Assembly: GCA_036394595.1 (NCBI GenBank)
Contig: DASWEU010000201.1
Coordinates: forward strand, 395-64,394
Direction: 5' to 3'
Source of the DNA: Burkholderiales bacterium
GTDB taxonomy: Bacteria > Pseudomonadota > Gammaproteobacteria > Burkholderiales > SG8-39
Length of the DNA stretch: 64,000 nucleotides
The notes under the pieces were generated by a model. The model made no database searches and had not been told where the DNA came from. It saw only the letters and a list, made by a program, of their open reading frames with translations. Positions 44,569 to 54,691 of the stretch are shown one piece after another (positions within the stretch are counted from its first letter, which is position 1; every line of letters starts with the position of its first letter). Both the position numbers and the translations under genes were made by a program.

Positions 44569-45672
44569 TCAGTTGAAGCTGATGATCTCCACCCAATTAG
44601 AGCCCTTGCCGGTCGGGTAGCGGCCGACCGGGACCAGCGCGCCGTCCGCGGCGACGCTGTAGGTGGCGAGCATGTCGGATTTCTCGCCCGACACCACCAT
44701 GAAGCGGCCCGACGGATCGATGCGGAAGCCGCGCGGCTGCTTCTCGGTCGGCGTGCTGCCGAGGTAGCTGAGCTTGCCGCTGGCGCCATCGACGCTGAAT
44801 CCGCCGATCGTGCTCGAGGTGCGCTCGGCGGCGTAGAGGAAGCGGCCGTTCGGCGCCAGGTGCAGGTCGGAAGCCCAGATGTCGTTGTCGACGTTGCGCC
44901 CGGGCGAGGGACGCGGTGCGCCGGGTACCAGCTTGCTGTCGGCGGGCAGGGCCGAGATTGAATCTATTTCCTTCAATAAACCTGTTTTTGCATCGAGCGA
45001 CAGCGTCGTCACGGTCGCCGTCAGCTCGTTCAACAGGTAAGCGAACTTGTTGTCGGCCGAGATGATGAGGTGGCGCGGCCCGCTGCCGGCCTTCATCTGT
45101 ACCGTGGCGGGCGTGTTGGCCGCGAGCTTGCCGGTCTTGGCGTCGAAGCGGAACTGGAACACCTGGTCGGTGCCGAGGTGCGGCACGAAGACGTAACGGT
45201 TGCTGCGGTCGGTAACGATGGAGTGGGCGTTGCGCGCGGTGGGAATCACCTGCTTCGGCTCGCCGGCAACGCCTTCCTTGCCGATCGGGTTGACGCTCAC
45301 CAGGTTGCCGCCGTACGAGGCGCCGAGCAGCCAGCGCCCGGTGGTGTCGTGGCGGATGTAGGGAAAGCTCTCGGCGAGCGGGCCGCCGCCGATCAGCTTC
45401 AGCTCGCCGCTCTTGCGGTCGATGCCGTAGGTGAGGGCCGAGTAAGGCTTGGAGCGCACCGCGGCGACCAGGTACTTCCGGTCCGGGCTGACGCTCATCG
45501 GCATCACGACCTTGTCGGCCTTGAAGCGCTCGCCCGCCTTGAGCGAGCCGTCGGTTTGCAGCGTGTACATGCCGATGTCGCCGTCCTCGGCGTTGGAGAC
45601 GTAGACGTAGGTCACGGCCTTTGCGGAAAAAGAAATCATCAGCAGGCTGGCTAAAGCAAGCAGAACCCTCAT
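44569..45672 (-). CDS. 7-bladed beta-propeller lactonase (6-phosphogluconolactonase Pgl/YbhE-like), secreted
   Basis: Signal peptide, then YVYVSNAEDGDI, GPRHLIISADNKFAYLLNELTATV, and repeats typical of the Lactonase family. Confidence 0.75.
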   Translation of the reverse strand: MRVLLALASLLMISFSAKAVTYVYVSNAEDGDIGMYTLQTDGSLKAGERFKADKVVMPMSVSPDRKYLVAAVRSKPYSALTYGIDRKSGELKLIGGGPLAESFPYIRHDTTGRWLLGASYGGNLVSVNPIGKEGVAGEPKQVIPTARNAHSIVTDRSNRYVFVPHLGTDQVFQFRFDAKTGKLAANTPATVQMKAGSGPRHLIISADNKFAYLLNELTATVTTLSLDAKTGLLKEIDSISALPADSKLVPGAPRPSPGRNVDNDIWASDLHLAPNGRFLYAAERTSSTIGGFSVDGASGKLSYLGSTPTEKQPRGFRIDPSGRFMVVSGEKSDMLATYSVAADGALVPVGRYPTGKGSNWVEIISFN

Positions 45673-45796
45673 GTCAGACCCCTCTCCTCGAATTGGGCTC
45701 CAGTATATTGCGCAAACCGCCCGAAGTTCCGAAATAGGGAGGACGCTCGGCACGGTTCTGGCTTAGGATTTCGCGTCAACCCCCGGGGAGGAAGCC

Positions 45797-46918
45797 ATGA
45801 GAGTGCTAGTCGTCGCCGCCGTACTTGCTGCAGCCGGTTTTGGGGCGCAAGCCCAGGCGCCTGCACCGAAAACGATCAAGATGCAGTCGACCTGGCCGGC
45901 GAGCAACACGTTGCAGGAGCACTTCAAGTTCTTCGCCGAGCGCACCGAGAAGCTGACGCAGGGCACCATCAAGATCGAGGCGCTGTCCGCCGGCCAGATC
46001 GTGCCGGCCTTCGAGGTGCTCGACGCCACCAACCGGAAGGTGCTCGACGGCTGGCATGCGATTTCCTACTACTGGGTCGGCAAGAACCCGGCGGCGGCGC
46101 TGTTCGCCGCGCCCCCGGGCGGGCCCTTCGGCATGGACCACATGGATTACCTCGGCTGGCTCTACGTCGGCGGCGGCCTCGAGATGTGGCGCGAGTTCTA
46201 CCAGAACGACCTCAAGCTCAACGTCATCGTCTGGCCGGCGCACCCCTCCAGCCCGCAGGCGCTCGGCTGGTTCAAGAAGCCGCTGCGCAGCGTGGCCGAT
46301 TTCAAGGGCCTCAAGTGCCGGCAGACGGGGCTCAACGCCGAGGTCTACGCCAAGCTCGGCATGAGCGTGGTCAACATGGCCGGCGGCGAGATCGTGCCGG
46401 CGGCGCAGCGCGGCGTGATCGACTGCGCCGAATGGGTCGGCGGCGTCGAGGACCTGCGCCTCGGCCTGCATAGCGTGTTCAAGTACCACTACACGCCGGG
46501 CATGCACGAGAACAACTCCATCGGCGAGCTCGGCTTCAACCTCGACGTGTGGAAGGGCTTCACGCCGGCGCAGCAGGAGGCGGTGAACTCGGCGGTGAAC
46601 GACACCTTCATCATCTGGCTGACGCGCTGGCAGAAGCAGAACGCCGACGCCATCGAGGAGCTGATCAACAAGCATGGCGTGCAGATCCGCCGCACCCCGC
46701 CCGACATCCTGATCGCCACGCTCAAGGCCTGGGACGAGGTGGCGGCCGAGAACTCGGCCAAGAGCGCGACCTTCAAGAAGGTCTACGAGTCGCAGCGCGC
46801 CTACGCGGCGAAGGTGGTGCCGGCCAAGCGCTACATGTTCCCGCCGTACTCTTTCGCCGCCAACTACTACTGGCCGCAGGAGGAGAAGGGCGTCGCGAAA
46901 AAGGCGGCGAAGAAATAG
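45797..46918 (+). CDS. TRAP transporter substrate-binding protein (DctP-type, COG4663-like), orphan
   Basis: Signal peptide plus IKMQSTWPASNTLQEHFKFFAERTEKLTQG. No DctQ/DctM genes adjacent. Confidence 0.8.
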   Translation: MRVLVVAAVLAAAGFGAQAQAPAPKTIKMQSTWPASNTLQEHFKFFAERTEKLTQGTIKIEALSAGQIVPAFEVLDATNRKVLDGWHAISYYWVGKNPAAALFAAPPGGPFGMDHMDYLGWLYVGGGLEMWREFYQNDLKLNVIVWPAHPSSPQALGWFKKPLRSVADFKGLKCRQTGLNAEVYAKLGMSVVNMAGGEIVPAAQRGVIDCAEWVGGVEDLRLGLHSVFKYHYTPGMHENNSIGELGFNLDVWKGFTPAQQEAVNSAVNDTFIIWLTRWQKQNADAIEELINKHGVQIRRTPPDILIATLKAWDEVAAENSAKSATFKKVYESQRAYAAKVVPAKRYMFPPYSFAANYYWPQEEKGVAKKAAKK

Positions 46919-46920
46919 CC

Positions 46921-47205
46921 TTACTTGCGGCCGCGGCGGATGACCTGCGGGCCGCTGCTGCCGGCGACGCGCTCGTAGACGCCGTCGCCGGCCTTCTTGT
47001 ATTTGGTCATGCCGAGCTCTTTGACGCGGCTGTTGGAGGTCGAGTATTTGCCGTGGACGGCGGCCGCGCTGATGACGCGCTCGCAGCGCTTGCCGCAGTC
47101 GGGACAATGCGCGAGGCGGTGCTCGGAAATCTTCTGGTAGACCTCGAAGCGGCCGTGGCAGCGCTTGCACTTGCCGGAGCTCGGCGCGTACTCGTAGATC
47201 GGCAT
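46921..47205 (-). CDS. FmdB-family zinc-ribbon protein (CxxC_CxxC_SSSS)
   Basis: MPIYEY...CKRCHGRFEV...HCPDCGK. ATG at 47205 inside a longer track ORF. Confidence 0.75.
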   Translation of the reverse strand: MPIYEYAPSSGKCKRCHGRFEVYQKISEHRLAHCPDCGKRCERVISAAAVHGKYSTSNSRVKELGMTKYKKAGDGVYERVAGSSGPQVIRRGRK

Positions 47206-47266
47206 GCGCGAATGGTACTCAAGTCGCCGCGCGCACGGCGAAAAGGGTGTATACAGGAGTAGCCCC

Positions 47267-47488
47267 ATGGTTTCCCTCCTGCCGCGCCGCTTCTGCACCA
47301 TCTTCAGCGTGGCGCACAAACAAGATTGCCGCTGGAAATGGCGCAGCTACGCCGCCGACGGCCAGGAAGACACCTGCCCCGAGGAATACGACGCGGTCCT
47401 TGAGTGCGCCGCAGCAGCGCGCGCCCTCGGCTTCGTGCCGCGTTCCTACTGGATCGGGCCGCTGACGCTCAGCCTGCGCACCAAGTAG
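47267..47488 (+). CDS. Hypothetical small protein
   Basis: AGGAG RBS upstream of the ATG at 47267. No recognisable domain. Confidence 0.3.
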   Translation: MVSLLPRRFCTIFSVAHKQDCRWKWRSYAADGQEDTCPEEYDAVLECAAAARALGFVPRSYWIGPLTLSLRTK

Positions 47489-47495
47489 CGGCGGT

Positions 47496-48635
47496 ATGAT
47501 TGGCGGGATGGACGCTCAGGACGCGGTCTCCCTCACCCGGACCCTGCTGCGGTTCGACACCATCAACCCGCCTGGGCGCGAGCGCGACTGCGCGCGCATG
47601 GCGGGCGCGATGTTGCAGGAGCTCGGATTCAAGGTCGATTTTCACGAGTTCGCCGATTCCCGCACCAGCGTCGTCGCGCGCCTGGGTGGAAACGAACGCA
47701 AGGCTCCGCTCTGCCTCACCGGGCACATCGACACGGTAGCGCTCGGCTCGCGCAAGTGGAGCAAGGACCCTTTCAGCGGCGAAACCCACGGCGACAAGCT
47801 CTACGGCCGCGGCGCCTCCGACATGAAGGCCGGGGTGGCATCCATATTGAATGCTTGCCGCTCCTTCAAAAATAAGCTTCATGGAACAGCAGGAATAGTG
47901 GTCGTCCTCACCGCCGCGGAGGAAGGCGGCTGCGTCGGATCGCAGCACCTGGCGAAGCTGCCACGGCTGATGGGCAAGGCCGGCGCCATCGTGGTGGGCG
48001 AGCCGACCAGCAACTTCCCTTACGTCGGCCACAAGGGCTCGCTCAAGTTCCAGGCGCGCTACAAGGGCGTCTCGGCGCACGGCTCGATGCCGCACCTGGG
48101 CGAGAACGCCATCTACAAGGCCGCCAAGGCGGTGTCGAAGCTTGAAAGGTTTTCTTTTTCTTCCATAAAACACCCTGTCATGGGCAAACCGACGCTTAAC
48201 GTCGGAACCATCCACGGCGGCGACGGCATCAACATGGTGCCGGACTGGGCGGGGTTTGGCGTGGATATCAGGACCGTGCCGGGCCAGGATCATGGAAAGT
48301 TGATCTCCCGATTGAAAAAAGTTCTGGGCAAGGGCGCCGCGATGGAAATGGTTTCCGACCTGCTGCCGGTGTGGACCGAACCCGACGCCGAGTGGGTGCA
48401 GCGCGTATTCGAAATCTGCAAGCCGGTGCTGGGCAAGGAGCCCAGGCCGCGCTCGCTCACCTACATGACCGACGCTGCAAACCTGCTCAAGGTCTACAAG
48501 AGCGCGCCGACCGTCGTCGTCGGCCCAGGCGAGGCGCAGATGGCGCACCAGACTGACGAATGGTGCAGCGTCGAGCGCATCCGCGAGTCGGTGTCCATCT
48601 ACGAGGAAATCATCCGCGATTGGTGCCAGTCATGA
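47496..48635 (+). CDS. M20-family metallopeptidase (ArgE/DapE/ACY1-like)
   Basis: LTGHIDTV, GRGASDMKAG, EEGG, and GVSAHGSMPHLGENA motifs. Confidence 0.85.
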   Translation: MIGGMDAQDAVSLTRTLLRFDTINPPGRERDCARMAGAMLQELGFKVDFHEFADSRTSVVARLGGNERKAPLCLTGHIDTVALGSRKWSKDPFSGETHGDKLYGRGASDMKAGVASILNACRSFKNKLHGTAGIVVVLTAAEEGGCVGSQHLAKLPRLMGKAGAIVVGEPTSNFPYVGHKGSLKFQARYKGVSAHGSMPHLGENAIYKAAKAVSKLERFSFSSIKHPVMGKPTLNVGTIHGGDGINMVPDWAGFGVDIRTVPGQDHGKLISRLKKVLGKGAAMEMVSDLLPVWTEPDAEWVQRVFEICKPVLGKEPRPRSLTYMTDAANLLKVYKSAPTVVVGPGEAQMAHQTDEWCSVERIRESVSIYEEIIRDWCQS

Positions 48636-49702
48636 AAAAACTCCTGCTCCTCATGCTCGTGGTTGCCGCAGAAAACGCAGTTGCGCAGCCGGCGATCCCG
48701 TTTGAATCGGTGCCCGACCCGCTCAAGCTGCCCGACAGCATGTACTTCGGCGAGCTGACCGGCGTGGCGGTCAATTCCAAGGGACACGTGTTCGCGCTTT
48801 CGCGCGGCAATACCAGCGGGCCGGCGTACGCGGCGGCGGCCACCCAGCTGCTGGAGTTCGACCGCGACGGCAAGTTCGTCCGCGAAATCGGCAAGAACCT
48901 GTACGCCTGGTCCTACGGCCACACGGTGCGCGTGGACGCCGCCGACAACGTCTGGGTCACCGACAAGGGCTCCGACATGGTGGTCAAGTTCAATCCGCGC
49001 GGGCGGGTGGCGATGGTATTCGGGCGCAAGCAGGAGGCCTCCGACCGCGAGACCGGGCCGCTCGAGCGCCACAAGCCGCCGCTGCCGCCGGAGATCGGGC
49101 GCTTCCGGCAGGTGACCGACGTCACCTGGGATCCGCAGGGCAACGCCTACATCAGCGACGGCTACATCAATTCGCGCGTCGCCAAGGTCGACAAGGACGG
49201 CAACTGGATCAAGTCCTTCGGCGAGCCGGGAGCGCAGGCGGGCCAGCTCAACACGCCGCACAGCATCGCCGCCGACGCGCAGGGCAACATCTACGTCGCC
49301 GACCGCGGCAACCGGCGCATCCAGGTGTTCGACGGCGAGGGCCGCGTGCTGCGTGAAATCCGCATCGACGTGCCGGTGCCGGCGGGCGCGCGCACGGCGA
49401 TCGGCCCGATTCCCGACGTGGCGAAGATCGAGGCGGCCGGCTCGCCGCTCACCATGGCGCCGGGCGCGCCCTGGACCGTGTGCATCACCCCGGGGCCGAA
49501 CCAGGTGCTGTTCACTTCGGACGCCTACCCCGGGCGCGTGTACAAGCTGAGCCTCGAGGGCAAGGTGCTCGGCGTGCTCGGCGAGTCGGGCAAGCAGTTG
49601 AAGCAGTTCGGCTGGATCCACGAGATCGCCTGCCCGACGGAAAACCTGCTGTACGTCGCCGAGCTGCTCAACTGGCGCGTGCAGAAGTTGATCCTGAAAT
49701 AG
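48632..49702 (+). CDS. Secreted NHL-repeat beta-propeller protein
   Basis: Signal peptide. NHL-like repeats (NTPHSIAADAQGNIYVADRGNRRIQVF; VWVTDKGSDMVVKF). ATGA overlap with the M20 gene. Confidence 0.75.
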   Translation: MKKLLLLMLVVAAENAVAQPAIPFESVPDPLKLPDSMYFGELTGVAVNSKGHVFALSRGNTSGPAYAAAATQLLEFDRDGKFVREIGKNLYAWSYGHTVRVDAADNVWVTDKGSDMVVKFNPRGRVAMVFGRKQEASDRETGPLERHKPPLPPEIGRFRQVTDVTWDPQGNAYISDGYINSRVAKVDKDGNWIKSFGEPGAQAGQLNTPHSIAADAQGNIYVADRGNRRIQVFDGEGRVLREIRIDVPVPAGARTAIGPIPDVAKIEAAGSPLTMAPGAPWTVCITPGPNQVLFTSDAYPGRVYKLSLEGKVLGVLGESGKQLKQFGWIHEIACPTENLLYVAELLNWRVQKLILK

Positions 49703-49711
49703 GAGGCATCC

Positions 49712-51349
49712 ATGCGCGTTTTCTCTTTGCTGCTTCTGCTGCTTTTCAGCACCGCGGCGACGGCGCAAGCCGCGCTGACCGGAACGGTGAGCTCGGCCGA
49801 GGAAGGCGCCATGGAAGGCGTTCTCGTCAGCGCGAAAAAGGCCGGCTCGACCATCACCGTCACCGTGGTGAGCGACGCCCAGGGGCGCTACCGCTTCCCG
49901 GCGGCGAAGCTCACGCCGGGCAAGTACTCGCTCTCGGTGCGAGCCGTCGGGTATCAGCTCGCGGGTTCCGCCCAGGTCAATGTGCCGGCGCAGAAGGACC
50001 TCAAGCTCAAGCTCGCCTCCGATCTCGCCTCGCAGCTCTCGAACGGCGAGTGGATGGCGAGCATGCCCGGCAGCGATGCGCAAAAGGGGCAGTTGCTGAA
50101 TTGCGTCGGCTGCCACACGCTCGAGCGCGTGGCGCGCTCGCGCTACGACGCGGACACCTTCACGAAGACCATCCTGCCGCGCATGCAGGGCTACGTGAAC
50201 CAGAGCATCCCGCAGCATCCGCAGCTGCGCAAGGCCGAGCGCCTGATGGAAGAGCGCGGCGATCAGCGCGTGCAGGTCTACCGCTCGACCGCGGAGTACC
50301 TCGCCACCGTCAATCTCGGCGAGTCGCCGGGCTGGAGCTATCCGCTGGCGGCGCTGCCGCGCCCCAGCGGGCGCGCGACGAAGGTGGTGTACACCGAATA
50401 CGGCCTGCCGCGCGAGACCATCTCGCCGCACGACGTCATCGTCGACGCGCAGGGCATCGCCTGGTACTCGAGCTTCGGCGAGCAGAACCTCGGGCGCCTC
50501 GATCCAAAAACCGGAAAAGTGACTGAGTATTCAATCAAAGAAACTAAACCCGGATTTCCAACCGGCCTTCTTGGGCTGCGCAGCGATCGCGACGGCAACC
50601 TGTGGCTCGGCAACATGTACCAGGCGCGCATCCTCAGGTTCGACCGCAAGACGCAGAAATTCACCGCGTGGCAGCTGCCGCCGGAACAGGACATCGACGC
50701 GGCGCAGATCAACATGGTGAGCCCGCAGTACTCGCACGTGGACGGCAAGGTGTGGACGCAGAACAACGGCTTCGCCGGCGTGCACCGCCTCGACCTGAAG
50801 ACCGGCGCGATCGAGACCTGGGAGCCGTTCAAGAGCGCGCCCAAGGGCGAGCCGCACAACATCTACGACGTGATCCCGGACTCGCAGAACAACGCCTGGT
50901 TCACGGACTTCCGCCAGCGCCACATCGGGCGCATCGACGCCAGGACCGGCGAGGTGAAGCTGTTCGAAATGCCGGGCGCGAGCCCGGTGACCGCGCCGCG
51001 CCGCGGCATGATGGACGCGCAGGACCGGCTCTGGTTCGGGCAGTACCGCGGCGACAAGATCGGCATGCTCGACACGAAGACCGGGCAGTTCAAGGAATGG
51101 CGGGTGACGCCGCGCTGGTCGGCGCCCTACGACGTCGTCATCGACAGGAACGAGGAAGCCTGGACCGGCTCGATGGTCACCGACCGGGTGACGCGCCTCG
51201 ACACGCGCACCGGCAGCATGGTCGATTACCTGCTGCCGCGCACCACCAACATCCGGCGCGTGTTCGTCGACAATTCCACCACGCCGGTGACTTTCTGGGT
51301 CGGCAGCAACCACGGCGCTTCGATCGTCAAGCTGGAGCCGCTCGATTGA
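49712..51349 (+). CDS. Secreted protein: carboxypeptidase-regulatory-like domain plus CxxCH haem motif plus Vgb/streptogramin-lyase-like beta-propeller
   Basis: GTVSSAEEGAMEGVLVSAKK...DAQGRYRF (CarboxypepD_reg-like), CVGCH haem-c motif, then repeated propeller blades (AWYSSFGEQNLGRLDPKTGKVTEY, LWLGNMYQARILRFD, AWFTDFRQRHIGRID, LWFGQYRGDKIGMLD). Confidence 0.7.
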   Translation: MRVFSLLLLLLFSTAATAQAALTGTVSSAEEGAMEGVLVSAKKAGSTITVTVVSDAQGRYRFPAAKLTPGKYSLSVRAVGYQLAGSAQVNVPAQKDLKLKLASDLASQLSNGEWMASMPGSDAQKGQLLNCVGCHTLERVARSRYDADTFTKTILPRMQGYVNQSIPQHPQLRKAERLMEERGDQRVQVYRSTAEYLATVNLGESPGWSYPLAALPRPSGRATKVVYTEYGLPRETISPHDVIVDAQGIAWYSSFGEQNLGRLDPKTGKVTEYSIKETKPGFPTGLLGLRSDRDGNLWLGNMYQARILRFDRKTQKFTAWQLPPEQDIDAAQINMVSPQYSHVDGKVWTQNNGFAGVHRLDLKTGAIETWEPFKSAPKGEPHNIYDVIPDSQNNAWFTDFRQRHIGRIDARTGEVKLFEMPGASPVTAPRRGMMDAQDRLWFGQYRGDKIGMLDTKTGQFKEWRVTPRWSAPYDVVIDRNEEAWTGSMVTDRVTRLDTRTGSMVDYLLPRTTNIRRVFVDNSTTPVTFWVGSNHGASIVKLEPLD

Positions 51350-51753
51350 AGAAATTCCTCCTGGCGGGGGTGCTTGCCGCGGCGGCCCCGCTCGCGCAGG
51401 CCCAGGCGCTCGACTATGAGTACTTCAAGGCGCGCGTCGAGCCGATTTTCCTGTCGAAGCGGCCCGGCCACACGCGCTGCGTCGTCTGTCATTCGGAGCG
51501 CAGCAACAATGCCTTCCAGTTGCAAAAGCTCTCCCCCGGAGCGAAGGCCTGGAGCGAGGAGCAGTCGCGCCGCAACTTCGAGATGGCCTCGCGCCTGGTG
51601 GTGCCGGGAAATCCGCAAGCCGGCTTGCTGCTGACCCACCCGCTTGCGCCCGAGGCGGGCGGCAGCGCCTACCACTCGGGCGGCAGGCAATTCGCGTCGA
51701 AGGACGACCCGGCGTGGAAGACGCTGGCGCAGTGGGTGCGAGGCGCGCGCTAG
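51346..51753 (+). CDS. Small secreted CxxCH protein (c-type-cytochrome-like)
   Basis: TTGA start/stop coupling, signal peptide KKFLLAGVLAAAAPLAQA, and a CVVCH motif. Confidence 0.55.
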   Translation: MKKFLLAGVLAAAAPLAQAQALDYEYFKARVEPIFLSKRPGHTRCVVCHSERSNNAFQLQKLSPGAKAWSEEQSRRNFEMASRLVVPGNPQAGLLLTHPLAPEAGGSAYHSGGRQFASKDDPAWKTLAQWVRGAR

Positions 51754-52781
51754 CGAATCACCAGCGTGTTGATGCGCTTGGGCACTTCGCCCACCGGGAC
51801 GGTCGCGACCAGCTTCATCGAGCCGGTATCGATCACCGACACTGACCTTGCCGCGGCATTGGAAACATAGAGCAGCTTGCCGTCGGGCGTGAAGGTGACC
51901 CAGTTGGGCACGGAGCTGGTCGGCTTGCGGCCGGCGCCCTTGACCACCGGGAGCGGCGCCTGGCCGATCAGGCGCAGCTCGGGCAGCGCGTAGGCGAACA
52001 CCGCGTTGGCGGCGATGCTCGTGACCCAGAGGGTCTTGCCGTCGGGCGCCACGCCCAGGCCGTGCGAGAGCGAGTCCATGCGCCGCTCGGCGGCGCCGAA
52101 GCCGTTGTCGGGCAACTGGATGCGGGCCACTTCCTTGCGCGCGGCGAAATCGATCACCGCGAAGCCGTTGAGGTTCGAGAGCTGCGCGAAGATGCGCCGC
52201 GTCGAGCCGTCGGGCCCGGTCTCGAAGGTCATGGGGCGCACGCCTTCGTCGAGCTTGAGCTCCCAGGCAATACCTTCCGTGGCGAGGTCGACGACCGTAA
52301 GGACCTTGGTGCGGATCGATCCCATGACGGCGTACTTGTTGTCGGCAGTGACATAGACATTGTGCAGGCGCCCGTTCACCGGAATCGACCTGGAAACCTT
52401 CAACGCCGCGGTGTCCACGATGTCGAGCGCGCCCGGTTCCTGCGCGATGGCAACGACCACGCGGCCGCCGTCCCTGGTGGTCGCGATGTTGTTGGGATGC
52501 CCGCTGAGCGGGACTTTCGCCAGCACCTTGCCGCTCTTGCGGTCGAAGACGTCGAGCGTGCTGTCGGCTTCGTTGCTGACGTAGACGCGCGCGCCGTCCG
52601 GCGAAAAGTCGATGCCGTGCGCGGCCTCGATGCCCTTGATCTCCTGCACCACCTTCTGCGTGGCCGGGTCGATGACGTGGATGCTGTCGCCGGCGCTGTT
52701 CGTGACGTAGACCAGAGCGGGGCCGGCCCAGGCGGGCAGCGCGACCAGCGCCAGGAGCAGGCATCCCAGAAAAGTCGGCAT
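51750..52781 (-). CDS. Secreted YVTN-family beta-propeller repeat protein
   Basis: GGAGG RBS, signal peptide, and repeats LVYVTNSAGDSIHVID, RVYVSNEADSTLDVFD, LLYVSNAAARSVSVID. The rest of the 717-aa track ORF is read-through. Confidence 0.8.
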   Translation of the reverse strand: MPTFLGCLLLALVALPAWAGPALVYVTNSAGDSIHVIDPATQKVVQEIKGIEAAHGIDFSPDGARVYVSNEADSTLDVFDRKSGKVLAKVPLSGHPNNIATTRDGGRVVVAIAQEPGALDIVDTAALKVSRSIPVNGRLHNVYVTADNKYAVMGSIRTKVLTVVDLATEGIAWELKLDEGVRPMTFETGPDGSTRRIFAQLSNLNGFAVIDFAARKEVARIQLPDNGFGAAERRMDSLSHGLGVAPDGKTLWVTSIAANAVFAYALPELRLIGQAPLPVVKGAGRKPTSSVPNWVTFTPDGKLLYVSNAAARSVSVIDTGSMKLVATVPVGEVPKRINTLVIR

Positions 52782-52883
52782 AGGACCTCCGGTAAGGAAC
52801 TGCAAGTCTAGCTTGACCGGGCCCGACCGAGGGGAATATGGTGTCTGCGCCCTTCTGCATCCGCGGTGACCCGAGGAGAAACC

Positions 52884-54164
52884 ATGGATAAAGTTATCGT
52901 TGCCGGAAACGGGCTGCTCGACCGGCGTACGTTCCTGCGCGGCGGCGCCGCGTTTGCCGCGGCCATCACCGGCTATTCGCTGCCGGCGCGCGCCGAGGCG
53001 CTCAAGGACGAGGCGTGGAGCCTGGAGCCGGGCGGGGTCTCGGCGCCCTACGAGAAGCGCTCGCGCTTCGAGGAGAAAGTCGCGCGCACGCTCAGCAACC
53101 CGAACGGCGAGCCGCGCACCCAGCACGCGCGCACGCCGCACCACCTTCTGCACGGCACCCTGACGCCGAACCCGCTGCACTTCACCATCAACCACGGCGG
53201 CCTGCCGGACATCGACCCGGACCGGCACCGGCTCGCGATCCACGGCCTGGTGAAGCAGCCGCTGGTGTTCGACCTGGACGCGCTCGCGCGCTATCCGATG
53301 GTCTCGAGGATGACGTTCCTGGAATGCGGCGGCAACAGCGCGCCGCTGTTTTCGCCGCAGCCGGTGCAGGCGAGCGCGCAGGCGCTGCACGGACTGGTGT
53401 CGTGCGCGGAGTGGAGCGGCGTGATGCTCTCCACCCTGCTCGAGGAGACCGGCGTCGATCCGAAGGCGAAGTGGCTGATCGCCGAGGGGGCGGACGCCCC
53501 GGCGCTCAGCCGCAGCGTGCCGCTCGGCAAGGCGCTCGACGACGCCATGGTCGCGCTCTACCAGAACGGCGAGCGCCTGATGCCCGGCAACGGCTATCCG
53601 ATGCGGCTGCTGCTGCCCGGCTGGGAAGGCAACATGAACGTCAAGTTCCTGCGCCGGCTGAAGCTCGTCGACCAGCCCGGCATGACCTACTACGAGTCGA
53701 GGACTTACGCGCAGATCCTGCCGGGCGGCAAGTCCTACCAGTTCTATTTCCTGCAGGAAGTGAAGTCGTTCATCACCCATCCTTCGCCGGGCCTGGCGAT
53801 GAAGGGGCCGGGTTTCTACGAAATCTCCGGCGTTGCCTACTCGGGCAACGGCCGCATTTCGCGTGTCATGGTGTCCGCCGACGGCGGCAGGAGCTGGGCG
53901 CAAGCGGCGCTGCAGCAGCCGGTGCTGAGCAAGGCCTTCACGCGCTTTCGCGTTCCCTGGCGCTGGGACGGCGGCCCGGCCGTGCTGCTAAGCCGGGCGT
54001 GGGACGAGGCTGGCAACGCGCAGCCGACGCGCGCCGAATTCGTCGCCAAGCGCGGTGAGACCAAGGGCCCGGTGCCGCCGCTCGCATTTCCGAACCAGCA
54101 CTTCAACGCCATCACCAGCTGGGCGGTCGACGCGAAAGGCGAGGTGCGCCATGTCTACGCCTAG
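52884..54164 (+). CDS. Sulfite dehydrogenase molybdopterin subunit (SorA/SoxC-like)
   Basis: Tat signal LDRRTFLRGGAAFAAA, Mo-ligand Cys context FLECGGNSA, and a sulfite-oxidase dimerisation domain. Confidence 0.85.
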   Translation: MDKVIVAGNGLLDRRTFLRGGAAFAAAITGYSLPARAEALKDEAWSLEPGGVSAPYEKRSRFEEKVARTLSNPNGEPRTQHARTPHHLLHGTLTPNPLHFTINHGGLPDIDPDRHRLAIHGLVKQPLVFDLDALARYPMVSRMTFLECGGNSAPLFSPQPVQASAQALHGLVSCAEWSGVMLSTLLEETGVDPKAKWLIAEGADAPALSRSVPLGKALDDAMVALYQNGERLMPGNGYPMRLLLPGWEGNMNVKFLRRLKLVDQPGMTYYESRTYAQILPGGKSYQFYFLQEVKSFITHPSPGLAMKGPGFYEISGVAYSGNGRISRVMVSADGGRSWAQAALQQPVLSKAFTRFRVPWRWDGGPAVLLSRAWDEAGNAQPTRAEFVAKRGETKGPVPPLAFPNQHFNAITSWAVDAKGEVRHVYA

Positions 54165-54678
54165 GCTCGCGGTGCTGGCGGCGGCGGCGTGGTTTTCGTT
54201 CGCGGCTTGCGCCGAAACCCCGCACCTCGGCCGCGCGCTGAGCGCCGCCGAGCTCGCGGCCTGGGACATCAGCATCCTGCCCGACGGCAACGGGCTGCCG
54301 CCCGGCAGCGGAACGGCGGCGCAGGGCGCCGCGGTCTACGCGCAGAAGTGCGCGTTCTGCCACGGCGACAAGGCCGAGGGCCGGCCGCCCTACACGCGTC
54401 TCATCGGCGGGGCGCCGATCACCAGCATCAGCGCGGCCGAGAAGACGATCGCGAACTTCTATCCTTACGCGACGACGCTGTTCGATTTCATCCGGCGCGC
54501 CATGCCCTGGCAGCAGCCGCGCACGCTCAGCAACGACGAGGTCTATGCTCTGGTCGCGTTCGTGCTCGCCGGCAACAAGCTCATCGGCGAGGGCGAAGCG
54601 ATGAACGCGCAGTCGCTGCCGAAAGTGCGCATGCCGAACCGCGAGGGCTTCATTCCGCGGTTTCCGGAGAAAATGTAA
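54151..54678 (+). CDS. Mono-haem c-type cytochrome subunit (SorB/SoxD-like)
   Basis: Signal peptide, CAFCHG haem motif, distal Met region. Overlaps sorA-like by 14 nt. Confidence 0.8.
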   Translation: MSTPRLAVLAAAAWFSFAACAETPHLGRALSAAELAAWDISILPDGNGLPPGSGTAAQGAAVYAQKCAFCHGDKAEGRPPYTRLIGGAPITSISAAEKTIANFYPYATTLFDFIRRAMPWQQPRTLSNDEVYALVAFVLAGNKLIGEGEAMNAQSLPKVRMPNREGFIPRFPEKM

Positions 54679-54691
54679 ACAGGGAGGCAGC

